From: Candidatus Bathyarchaeia archaeon
GTDB taxonomy: Archaea; Thermoproteota; Bathyarchaeia; Bathyarchaeales; Bathycorpusculaceae
Direction: 5' to 3'
Assembly: GCA_049521795.1 (NCBI GenBank)
Contig: JBEKOM010000004.1
Location: 59,078-123,077 of the forward strand
Length of the DNA: 64,000 nucleotides
Shown: positions 30,777-39,345 of the stretch, piece by piece
Numbering within the stretch: position 1 is the stretch's first letter
Layout of the letters: each line of letters opens with the position of its first letter
Translations under genes and position numbers: made by a program
Notes under the pieces: generated by a model
Seen by the model: only the letters and a program-made list of their open reading frames with translations
Told to the model about the DNA's origin: nothing
Database searches by the model: none

Positions 30777-31925
30777 ATTACGGGTTCGTCACAGACGTTT
30801 ACTATAAAGTACGTTATAAACGCTAAATTCGAAATTGAAGGTGTAGTTGAAAAGCCGGATGTCATCGGAGCTGTTTTCGGGCAGACGGAAGGTCTTTTCG
30901 GGCCGGAGCTTGACCTTAGAGAACTTCAAAAGTCAGGCAGAATCGGAAGAATAGAGATTGAACTTCACTCTAAACAGGACAAGACAACGGGCAACATAAC
31001 CATTCCAACAAGCTTGGACAGAGTCTCCACGGCTCTGATCGCTTCAAGCATAGAAAGCATAAACAGAGTGGGGCCCTGCGCTTCAAAGGTTACCCTTGAA
31101 AAAATCGAGGATGTCAGAGAAGCGCGGAGAAAAATCATAATCGACAGAGCAAAAGAGATTCTTCACAAGTGGACGATTGAATCCATGCCCTCGGTCGACG
31201 AAGTGTTCAAAGAAGTCTCGGAAACCCTGAAGCTCGGTAAGGTTGAGAAGTACGGGCCTGAGGAACTTCCAGCTGGACCTGGGCTTGAAAGCGCAAAGGA
31301 AATAGTCGTTGTTGAGGGCAGAGCGGACATCATAAACCTGATGCGATGCGGACTGTTGAACACGGTGGCGTTGGAAGGGGCAAAGGTTCCTGAGGCAATA
31401 AAGACGCTCTGCAAGGAAAAAGAAGCCACAGCCCTCCTCGACGGAGACAGGGGCGGAGACTTGATCCTGAAGGAACTGCAGCAGGTAACGGACGTGAAAT
31501 ACATTGCCAGGGCGCCAAGGGGAAAAGAAGTTGAAGAATTGAACTGCAAAGAAATCTTTGACGCGTTGGCGGCGAAGGTTCCTATTCTGGAACAGTTCAA
31601 ACCGCCGAAGAAAGAAAAGCTGAAGGCTGAGGTTCCCAAAGAAATAGTTGAAACGATAAAGACGCTTGAGGGCACTTTAGAGGCAGTTCTTTTGAACGAC
31701 AAGCTTGAACAGGTAGAACGATTGCCTGTGAACCAGCTTGCCGAAAAACTTCAGCAGGCAGAAGGGGTGGACACGGTCGTCTTCGACGGCATCATAACGC
31801 AGAGGATCGTCGACGTTGCAAGCGAGAAAAACATAAAACGAATCATTGCTTCACGTCTATCAGACGCCGTAAAACCATCGTTGACAGTTCAGCTTGTAAC
31901 CTTCCCGGACGTTGCAGAAGGCTAG
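30777..31925 (+). CDS. dnaG: archaeal DnaG-type primase/exosome-associated Toprim protein
   Basis: The conserved N terminus KYVINAKFEIEGVVEKPDVIGAVFGQTEGLFGPELDLRELQKSGRIGRIE lies upstream of the track ORF (31014). The frame is open from 30756. Toprim motifs VVVEGRADI and LLDGDRGGD are present. The start is placed at ATT 30777 (see finding). Confidence 0.85.
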   Translation: MTGSSQTFTIKYVINAKFEIEGVVEKPDVIGAVFGQTEGLFGPELDLRELQKSGRIGRIEIELHSKQDKTTGNITIPTSLDRVSTALIASSIESINRVGPCASKVTLEKIEDVREARRKIIIDRAKEILHKWTIESMPSVDEVFKEVSETLKLGKVEKYGPEELPAGPGLESAKEIVVVEGRADIINLMRCGLLNTVALEGAKVPEAIKTLCKEKEATALLDGDRGGDLILKELQQVTDVKYIARAPRGKEVEELNCKEIFDALAAKVPILEQFKPPKKEKLKAEVPKEIVETIKTLEGTLEAVLLNDKLEQVERLPVNQLAEKLQQAEGVDTVVFDGIITQRIVDVASEKNIKRIIASRLSDAVKPSLTVQLVTFPDVAEG

Positions 31926-34306
31926 TTTCCAAAGAAATCTGAGAGTTTTCTAGTCTCTTTTTCGCCCCCTTTCGACTGCAAGAGTTGCTCTTCTGATATG
32001 CCGAAGCTTTCAAGGATCCTGGTTGCAGCTGGCACAACCTGCTTCGACACGTAGTACTCCAAGTCCACTTCGTCATACGAAGCGAGCATGTACGGTTTGA
32101 CCCTTTCATAGAGCCGCCCCGTGCCCGTAACGATTACAAAACCGATCTTGTCGCCGACGGAAAGTTCCCAGCCCTTCGCCCTAAGCATTTTGGCGGCCTC
32201 AACGTGGGAAGCCTTAACCTCATAATCTTCAGCAGGCTTGGTCAGCGTCTTCCAAATTATCAGGTCTCGGTAAGCAACACGCTTCTGCCTGAGCTCATAG
32301 ATGAACTGCTGCACGAAATCGGCTGCCTTCTTGGGCGACTGTTCCTTCAAAATGATCTCTAAGACTTTTTCCTGCACCTTCTTTGCTATCGCCGCCCAGT
32401 CTCCGCGTACAACTTCCATACCGACGATGTCAAGTCTCCCATCCGGTAAAAGACCAGCATACCGCTTCTTTGCTTCAGTGAAAAAAATGCGCACGTAGAT
32501 CTCGTCAGGTTTGACTTCCAACCCCATTTTCTCCTTTATCTCTCGTGACAGTCTATCAATCTTTTCTGGCTGATTCTCAACAAAAATGCTGTCAGTGTCA
32601 CCGTAGACGACCTTCAACTTCTCTTCTCTGGCCATTTCGATCGCTGTCATTATCGTGTGTCTTCCCCACGCAGCGGCTGCCTCAGCAACAGGCTTCACGT
32701 ACCATCTGGCACCTATCCACCCAGCATAGCCATAGGAGGCGTTGGTTAAGATCTTCACGGCTTTCTGACGAGCATCTAAGACACGATACTCCACACTTCC
32801 CGGCTTGAGCTTACTCATTTTGGGCCGGATTTCGTCTCGAACTTCAATCAGGTAAGACAGAACCTCCTTGTAGAAGCCCGGAGGCTCCCTTCGGAACCTA
32901 TGATTGACCTCAGGAGCTTCGTATGTTCCGCCAGAAGGCAACGGATCATTGGGCGACACGTAGGTGTCCGGCGAGAGGTTATAGTTAATCATTAAGTTTG
33001 GGTACATTGATTTGAAGTCGAGGACAGCGATGTTTTCGTGCAGCCCTGGCTCTGGCTGAAGCACCAAACCGCCCGCGTAGGACCTGTAGGGTTGCTCAAC
33101 TCTCCTGGGCACGAGCTCGCCGATCCCGTGAGTACGCTTTATGAGGAACCATTCCACCCGAAAGCCCGCAGCCGCTGTTCCAACATGGTCCATGGGCAAT
33201 CCTACGAGATTGGAAAGCTGCATGGCGAAGTCCAAAATCGCCTCTGCAATACCCACAATGCAACGGGTATTGTCTGCCGAAAACTTCGCCAAGATCTCGC
33301 GTTTGTCTTCACTGTCCCAGAAGTTTGGGAAGTCTATGTCTTCGATGATCTTTCGGTTCTCAATCTTCATGATACCCAAGTAATCGGCAAGGTTGGCCAG
33401 AGTCTTGACCTTTACCTCTGGAAATTCCTCTGCATAATCTGCAAGGTCCAAGTTTGCCCTTCCAGTCAGCGAAACGTGACCGTACACACTCGTGTGAGGT
33501 TCAGTCTGAGTCCTGTCAACGTACAAGTGTAATCCGAGCTTCTTGCATCTCTCTTTGAGAAAAGGCCAGTCTTGTCCATTGTTGCCGTAACCTACGATTA
33601 TGTCTGGATCGAAGCTTCGAACATACTCCGCAAAAGCCTCCAACACTGGCTTGTCGCTCTTGTCATCGCCGGCCAAGAACTGTTTATGTTCGTCTTTGTT
33701 GGTTGCGGTTGAAACAATTATCACGGGATTTCTGTCTGGTTTAGGCGAACCCTCTCTGCTGTAGTAGATTGATGAAAAGCCCAGTATGCGCAAGGGTGGA
33801 GCTTCAACCTTTTCAAGAAGCTGCGGAAACGATTTTGCTGAGTAAACCTTGTCAATTCGAGCCTTGCTTTTGTTAGGTTCGCCAACCACTTCTGTTTCGT
33901 GCCATCCGCATGGAACAACGTTGTTGTCTATCATGTACCGCATGGTGTATCGAATGTCGTCTTCGAGACAGTCTTTGACGCCTTCGAGCTTTCGAAGAGC
34001 CTTCGCATAATCCTGCATAACATCAGGATTCTTGCAGTAGACCTTCACGGTCCTAACGGGTTTTCCAAAAAACCTTCGCTCAACAATTTCAAGCTTCGAA
34101 ACACAGGGAAAACGACCTTGATCAATTTCGTTAACGACCTTCTCAGGGTCTGCACCGTCTTCAATCACAGCGTAGAAGTACGAGGCAAAGTTCCTGTCTA
34201 TGACAAGCACTCTTTCTCCAGAAGGGGTTACACCCCAGAGCCAGATTTCTGGAACCTCGTCTTTAACCTCGTAGTTCAAGTCTAAGAGCCAAAAAGTGAC
34301 TTTCAT
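31922..34306 (-). CDS. polB: family-B DNA polymerase
   Basis: Motif A LDFKSMYPN, motif B KILTNASYGY, motif C YGDTDS, plus KKRYAG. The exonuclease motifs are degenerate (see finding). Confidence 0.93.
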   Translation of the reverse strand: MKVTFWLLDLNYEVKDEVPEIWLWGVTPSGERVLVIDRNFASYFYAVIEDGADPEKVVNEIDQGRFPCVSKLEIVERRFFGKPVRTVKVYCKNPDVMQDYAKALRKLEGVKDCLEDDIRYTMRYMIDNNVVPCGWHETEVVGEPNKSKARIDKVYSAKSFPQLLEKVEAPPLRILGFSSIYYSREGSPKPDRNPVIIVSTATNKDEHKQFLAGDDKSDKPVLEAFAEYVRSFDPDIIVGYGNNGQDWPFLKERCKKLGLHLYVDRTQTEPHTSVYGHVSLTGRANLDLADYAEEFPEVKVKTLANLADYLGIMKIENRKIIEDIDFPNFWDSEDKREILAKFSADNTRCIVGIAEAILDFAMQLSNLVGLPMDHVGTAAAGFRVEWFLIKRTHGIGELVPRRVEQPYRSYAGGLVLQPEPGLHENIAVLDFKSMYPNLMINYNLSPDTYVSPNDPLPSGGTYEAPEVNHRFRREPPGFYKEVLSYLIEVRDEIRPKMSKLKPGSVEYRVLDARQKAVKILTNASYGYAGWIGARWYVKPVAEAAAAWGRHTIMTAIEMAREEKLKVVYGDTDSIFVENQPEKIDRLSREIKEKMGLEVKPDEIYVRIFFTEAKKRYAGLLPDGRLDIVGMEVVRGDWAAIAKKVQEKVLEIILKEQSPKKAADFVQQFIYELRQKRVAYRDLIIWKTLTKPAEDYEVKASHVEAAKMLRAKGWELSVGDKIGFVIVTGTGRLYERVKPYMLASYDEVDLEYYVSKQVVPAATRILESFGISEEQLLQSKGGEKETRKLSDFFGN

Positions 34307-34420
34307 CGAAGATTCTCCAATCCTAGACTATCATTAGTGGATGAAAACATGCTTTTAAAGGCTTTAGATTCTGTGAAAATCCAAGAGCAAAGCGCATCTG
34401 AACGATTTCAAAAAGCTGAC

Positions 34421-36610
34421 TCAGACGTGCTTCTTGAGCAAGTCCACCACATCGGGGTAGTCTATTCCCAAAGCTTTCACTTTTTCGACTGTGGGCACGC
34501 CGTTTGGGTTCCATCCTCGTCTTGCGTAAACAGCGTCTTTCAGTCTTTCGTACTCCGTCTCTCTGTACTTCCTCAGGATAGCGATCTTCTCCTCGGTTGA
34601 CTTCCCCTGAGGGCTGTAACCGAGCTTTTCCTTAAGTTGTTTATCGTAGCGTTCTGCTCTGCTTTCGTACTCTTCCTTGGTTGCTGGGCCTACAGCGCGG
34701 TAGGGTAACGTGTCATTCTGCCGTGTGCCGAAACCCATCCGAAGACTGAAGACTCGTTGAAAGTTGTAGACCCTCTCACTCATGAAGATCAAATCGTCTG
34801 GCGTGGTCTTCATACCCGTGACCGCTGAAAAAAACTTTGCATAGTTTTCGACGTGTGAAACAACCTTGGCCGGTTCTTTCGTCTTCTTGTTGTCCACTGG
34901 AACCACGTCGTTCCACGGAAGTTTGCAGAGGCCGTTCAGGCCAAACCAAGTGCGAAACATGGGGAACCAGTGCAGGTTTTCAGCCTTCTGCTCAAAGGTG
35001 GGCATCAAGTTGTGCACCATGTCTAAGAATATTAGCCAAGCCTCGTCGTGCTGAGGACCTTTCAGCGCAAGCCCGTAGCCGCCCTGCTGGGCTAGCGATT
35101 CCTTTGTCACATACTCCGAGAACTCTAACCCTTTTGATTCCATGCCGATGTCCTGCAGAACCTTGGAGTCTGCGCCGTATTTCTCTGCGAAAAGCCTCTT
35201 CATCCGTTTGATTCCCTGTCCGATCACGACGCCGAAGCCTACACCCTTCGCCATCTGATGAACCAATTCAAGAGCCGCTTCCTTGTTGCCGAACCTCAAG
35301 TCCAGACCCCCAGTCGCTTTCTTGTCGATGAGTCCCATCTCGTAGCATTCCATTGCAAAGGCGGTGGCTGTGCCCACTGAAATTGTGTCCAAACCGTACG
35401 TGTCGCAGTAGAAGTTCATCTCGACAACATGGTCGGCATTGAATATTCCACAGTTGCTTCCCACACCGGCGATTGTTTCGTATTCTGGTCCGTTCACGAA
35501 CACTTTCTGCCCCTTGTAGGGACCTGTTTTAAGCTCAAAGTCTTTGATGCCGTGGGCGCATGACATTGCGCAGCCCATCCAGCAACCGTCAAAGCCTCTG
35601 TGGAACTTGTTTCTGTAGACTTCTCGCCCCAATTTCTCTGCTTCAGGGTTGCTGCCGAACCTGAAGTTGTTTATGGGAAGCAGGTCGAAGTCGTTCATTA
35701 TCAGCACGAGATGGGTCGTGCCGACAGAGGCCATTTCGTTTTGCGCGGGGTCAAGGTTTCGGATCTCCTGACTGTGAGCCGTGCCGACCTGTTTAACCAT
35801 TTCGGGGTCAGCCGGGCCGTTTGTGTCCACTGAAATCTTGCCAGAGTACTTGACAGCTATTGCCTTCACTCTCTTGTTCCTTAGGACCGTGCCTATTCCC
35901 CCTCTGCCAGCCTGTTTGAACCTGTGGATCTTGCGTGCAGCGTCGTACCATGAGAGGTTGAGACATCCGAATCGCGTGTGCTCAGCGCCTGGACCAGAAG
36001 AAACTACTGATACGCATCGGCCGTTCTCTCCGCCATATTTCTTGGCCAAATAATCCGTGATCGGATAAGTCTCTGAGGGCAGTTGTGAGGCATTTTCAAT
36101 CTGAACTTTGCCTTCGTCACCGTCGATTAGAACAATGACTTCAGACTGGGCTTTTCCCTGAATTTCAAGGGCATCCCATCCCGCAAACTTCAAGTAAGGC
36201 CCAAAGTATCCGCCGACGTTCGAATCGACAACGGTGTCGGTCAACGGCGAAATCGAAACCGCTATGCTCTTTCCACTGCCCGGATAGACAGGGGTTCCCC
36301 CTAACGGACCGCATGCGATGCAGATTTCGTTTTCAGGGTCGTCCCATTTGGCGATACGGTCTCTAGGCAAAGCATTCCAGAGAAGCCAGAGGTTGAAGCC
36401 GCGGCCGCCTGTGAATTTTTCCTTCATCTCTCGGCTGACTGGTTTGCTTACGACCTGCATGTTTGAGAGGTTTACGTACAAGGTTCTGTTGTTGTAGCCT
36501 CTTTCAACTTTGTTTAGCTTGTACCTGAACTCGGCGATGACCAAACACGGCCACCTTACACGGTTTTGAAGCAAGAGCAACACGAGACGAACAAATAGCC
36601 TTTTCGACAT
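34421..36610 (-). CDS. aor: aldehyde:ferredoxin oxidoreductase family (tungstopterin) enzyme
   Basis: GYNNRTLYVNLS...GGRGFN N-terminal domain, a CxxC-containing cluster region, and the typical C-terminal RRGW..NG.PT...L..LG. The true start is probably the TTG at 36544. Confidence 0.9.
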   Translation of the reverse strand: MSKRLFVRLVLLLLQNRVRWPCLVIAEFRYKLNKVERGYNNRTLYVNLSNMQVVSKPVSREMKEKFTGGRGFNLWLLWNALPRDRIAKWDDPENEICIACGPLGGTPVYPGSGKSIAVSISPLTDTVVDSNVGGYFGPYLKFAGWDALEIQGKAQSEVIVLIDGDEGKVQIENASQLPSETYPITDYLAKKYGGENGRCVSVVSSGPGAEHTRFGCLNLSWYDAARKIHRFKQAGRGGIGTVLRNKRVKAIAVKYSGKISVDTNGPADPEMVKQVGTAHSQEIRNLDPAQNEMASVGTTHLVLIMNDFDLLPINNFRFGSNPEAEKLGREVYRNKFHRGFDGCWMGCAMSCAHGIKDFELKTGPYKGQKVFVNGPEYETIAGVGSNCGIFNADHVVEMNFYCDTYGLDTISVGTATAFAMECYEMGLIDKKATGGLDLRFGNKEAALELVHQMAKGVGFGVVIGQGIKRMKRLFAEKYGADSKVLQDIGMESKGLEFSEYVTKESLAQQGGYGLALKGPQHDEAWLIFLDMVHNLMPTFEQKAENLHWFPMFRTWFGLNGLCKLPWNDVVPVDNKKTKEPAKVVSHVENYAKFFSAVTGMKTTPDDLIFMSERVYNFQRVFSLRMGFGTRQNDTLPYRAVGPATKEEYESRAERYDKQLKEKLGYSPQGKSTEEKIAILRKYRETEYERLKDAVYARRGWNPNGVPTVEKVKALGIDYPDVVDLLKKHV

Positions 36611-36716
36611 GAAGTTACGAGTTTAGACCTCAAACCAAACCGATCCTCTAGCTTAAGGAACTGAATCGTTCGACCTCGTACTGCTTGATTTACACCTTTA
36701 ATAGACGAAGAGATTA

Positions 36717-37832
36717 TTGGATGCTGAACACCAAGCTTACAGGCTGAGAGTCTTGAGAATCCTGGAAATAAACCGTAAGAAAGAGTATGTGAAGATCATT
36801 CCAGAAACAGCGGATGATTTCTGGCATCTGTACAACGTTATCAGCAAAGATGACATGGTTTACGCTAGAACAACTCGAGAAATGAAGGCTGACGAGAAGT
36901 ACGGGAGACCCAAGCGCGGAGAAAGAATCCCTGTTTTTCTAGGCGTCAGCGTTGAAAATGTCGACTGGGACAAGTTCTTGGGCAGGCTCAGAGTTCACGG
37001 AATCATCCGCGATGCTCCTGAGGACGTTCCATCAGGTGTGCACCACACGCTTAACATCACGCTCAACACGCCGATGACGATCGTTAAGGAGAATTGGGCT
37101 GAACATGAAATTGAGAGGTTACGGAGGGCGAGCAAGACATCTGAGAAACCGATCATAATAATCTCGATAGACGACGAAGGCTATGCGATTGCTACAACTG
37201 CTCAGTACGGCGTTGAACAGAGGGTTGAGCAGAGAATGAGGCTTCCTGGAAAGCTGGAGACTGAGAAGAGAGATGCGGCTACAAGCGTGTACTTCAGGGG
37301 AGCACTCAACAGTCTGCGGGAAATCTGGACGCAGACGCGCAGCCCCATAGCAGTCATCGGTGTTGGCTTTACAAAGAATGATTTTGCAAAGTTCATAGAG
37401 AACGAGGCGGCCGACTTGGCGAAATCGGTGGTAGACGTGAAAAGTGTCAACAGCGGCGGTGTTGCGGGAATTTACGAGGCGCTTCGGGCAGGAATACTTT
37501 TAAAAGCGGTGAAGCATCTGCGGGTTTCTGAAGAAGCAAGCGTGGTAGAGGAAGTTTTGAAGAGATTAGGAAAGGGCGAATCAAACGTTACTTACGGTTT
37601 TGAAGAGGTTGAGAAGGCAGCGAAGCTTGGGGCCGTTGAAAAACTTGTTTTGGCAGACGCGGTGCTCCGAAGGGCTGACGAACAGAAGCGCTTGCTGGTC
37701 GAGGAGATCATGAGGACCGTTGAACAGAAAGGTGGCGGTACCACCATGATCGTGAGCACCGAGCATGAAGCGGGAACAAAACTGCTTGCTTTGAGCGGGA
37801 TAGCCGCGCTTCTTCGCTACCCAGTTTTCTGA
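36717..37832 (+). CDS. pelA: Pelota/Dom34 mRNA surveillance factor
   Basis: PETADDFWHLYNVI plus central and eRF1-like C-terminal domains. The start is uncertain by about 12 codons. Confidence 0.9.
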   Translation: MDAEHQAYRLRVLRILEINRKKEYVKIIPETADDFWHLYNVISKDDMVYARTTREMKADEKYGRPKRGERIPVFLGVSVENVDWDKFLGRLRVHGIIRDAPEDVPSGVHHTLNITLNTPMTIVKENWAEHEIERLRRASKTSEKPIIIISIDDEGYAIATTAQYGVEQRVEQRMRLPGKLETEKRDAATSVYFRGALNSLREIWTQTRSPIAVIGVGFTKNDFAKFIENEAADLAKSVVDVKSVNSGGVAGIYEALRAGILLKAVKHLRVSEEASVVEEVLKRLGKGESNVTYGFEEVEKAAKLGAVEKLVLADAVLRRADEQKRLLVEEIMRTVEQKGGGTTMIVSTEHEAGTKLLALSGIAALLRYPVF

Positions 37833-37910
37833 GCCTCGAAAAATCAACCGTACATCCATTCTCGAATGCAAGAATTCAGTTTGCTAAACGAAAAAGTGAG
37901 GCAAACTGTA

Positions 37911-37919
37911 TTATATAAA
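37911..37919 (+). promoter_or_regulatory. TATA box candidate for tbp
   Basis: TTATATAAA lies 41 nt upstream of the ATG at 37960. Confidence 0.4.
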
Positions 37920-37959
37920 GCCATTCTATATCAGTCGAGTGAGTTTGAGATGAAAGATA

Positions 37960-38529
37960 ATGCCGAAGACAAAACCGACGATCCGCATCCAAAATATCGT
38001 TGCGTCAGCGGCTCTTAACCAGAGGATAAACTTGGGGAAGATAGTTCAGAAGTTCCCCTTTGCCGAGTACAGCCCCCGTGTGTTCCCTGGACTCGTTTTC
38101 CGGCTGAAGAAGCCGAAGACGGCTACTCTCATATTTGAAACGGGCAAGATGGTCTGCACGGGTGCAAAATCGGAGAAAGAAGCGATTCAAGCGGTGAACA
38201 AGGTTACTAAGGAGCTGCGAAGCCATGGGATACCGCTTCCTAACAAGCCTGAGGTTAAAATTCAGAACATCGTCGCTTCTGCAGAGTTAAACGGAGAAAT
38301 AGACTTGGAAAACCTTGTCTACAAGCTTCAGAAAGTGATGTATGAGCCGGAGCAGTTTCCGGGAGCAGTTTTCAGGATGGATGAGCCGAAGGTTGTGTTC
38401 CTCATTTTCTCAGCTGGAAAGCTGGTGTGCGTGGGGGCAAAACAGGAGGGAGACGTCTACGAAGCGGTCGGCAAGCTTCAGCAGCTACTGGAGGAGAAGG
38501 AACTCATCTTTTATCCGCCTGATGCATGA
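37960..38529 (+). CDS. tbp: TATA-box binding protein
   Basis: Two direct repeats: IQNIVASA...FPGLVFRL...LIF.TGK.VCTGAKS, then IQNIVASAEL...FPGAVFRM...LIFSAGKLVCVGAK. Confidence 0.95.
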   Translation: MPKTKPTIRIQNIVASAALNQRINLGKIVQKFPFAEYSPRVFPGLVFRLKKPKTATLIFETGKMVCTGAKSEKEAIQAVNKVTKELRSHGIPLPNKPEVKIQNIVASAELNGEIDLENLVYKLQKVMYEPEQFPGAVFRMDEPKVVFLIFSAGKLVCVGAKQEGDVYEAVGKLQQLLEEKELIFYPPDA

Positions 38530-38532
38530 AGT

Positions 38533-39243
38533 CTAAAAGTGGCTTTTCAGTCGCCTGCGAACTGCAGGATTCTCTTTGACAAGCCTTCTCAGAACCATCT
38601 CGAAAGTTTCGCTTGGAACAAGCTCCTGCTTTATGAAGACGCCAGTTCTGCCGACTTCGTCTCTTCTTATAAGGGCGTGAACGCGGTCCAGCACTGTTTC
38701 CACACCTATGCCTAACGTTTTTGCGACCTGCTCCTCTCGGCCCACGACCGTGCTCTCTCTGTGGCCTTTCTCCGTCGGTTCGATGAGCATCAAGCGCTTG
38801 TCGACGCCGGGCGTGCGCAGACCTTTTCTGACGCTGTCAGAGTTGGCTTCGCCGCCGAACTTGTAGAATTCTCTTTCAACCTTGCGGAGTCTCATCAGGG
38901 GAAACGTGACGCTTGTGCTCTCGTCGACTTCGATGTTGGCCTTCATGGCGTAGTTGGGCGTGGCCTGAACAACCAAGCGTCTGTTGACTGGTACGCCCGC
39001 CTTTTCTAGCGCTGTCTCAACGGCAAAAGATGAAACTTGTGTTGGTATGAAGATGTCGATGTCGCTCTTCTCGGACACGTCTCCTCTTGCGATGCTTCCG
39101 TGCACAAGGGTTTCGACGTGGGTTTTTTCGATGGATTCCATTATGCGGAGGGTTTTCTTCCTGAGCTGTTCGAGCAGAAGCCAACGGTCGCCAGTGTAAA
39201 CGACAATTCGAAGTTCAGAGCGTCTTGTGGGCTTTTTCGCCAT
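38533..39243 (-). CDS. nucleotidyltransferase (pol-beta superfamily) domain protein
   Basis: HGSIARGDVSEKSDIDIF (the GS...D.D motif). Confidence 0.7.
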   Translation of the reverse strand: MAKKPTRRSELRIVVYTGDRWLLLEQLRKKTLRIMESIEKTHVETLVHGSIARGDVSEKSDIDIFIPTQVSSFAVETALEKAGVPVNRRLVVQATPNYAMKANIEVDESTSVTFPLMRLRKVEREFYKFGGEANSDSVRKGLRTPGVDKRLMLIEPTEKGHRESTVVGREEQVAKTLGIGVETVLDRVHALIRRDEVGRTGVFIKQELVPSETFEMVLRRLVKENPAVRRRLKSHF

Positions 39244-39345
39244 CCTTCAGCCTCTTCTGTGAGATCGTGTGCTCGTTTTTATGTTGAACCGTGGAGAGGT
39301 CAGTTGCCTGCTGTGGACGCGTGTTTGTGGTGGTCTTCGGTTTGG

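Noticed and set aside
31163-31702. 179-aa antisense ORF inside dnaG, and similar long shadow ORFs inside dnaJ (7504-7968), the P-type ATPase, PolB, AOR and the thiolase (40641-41087)
   Set aside because: They lie opposite strongly supported genes, have Ser/Pro/Arg-rich shadow-frame composition, and show no recognisable motifs.
36545-36610. Signal-peptide-like N-terminal extension (MSKRLFVRLVLLLLQ...) on the AOR ORF
   Set aside because: AOR-family enzymes are cytoplasmic and their conserved N terminus starts near 36544. The extension is probably an artefact of taking the longest ORF.
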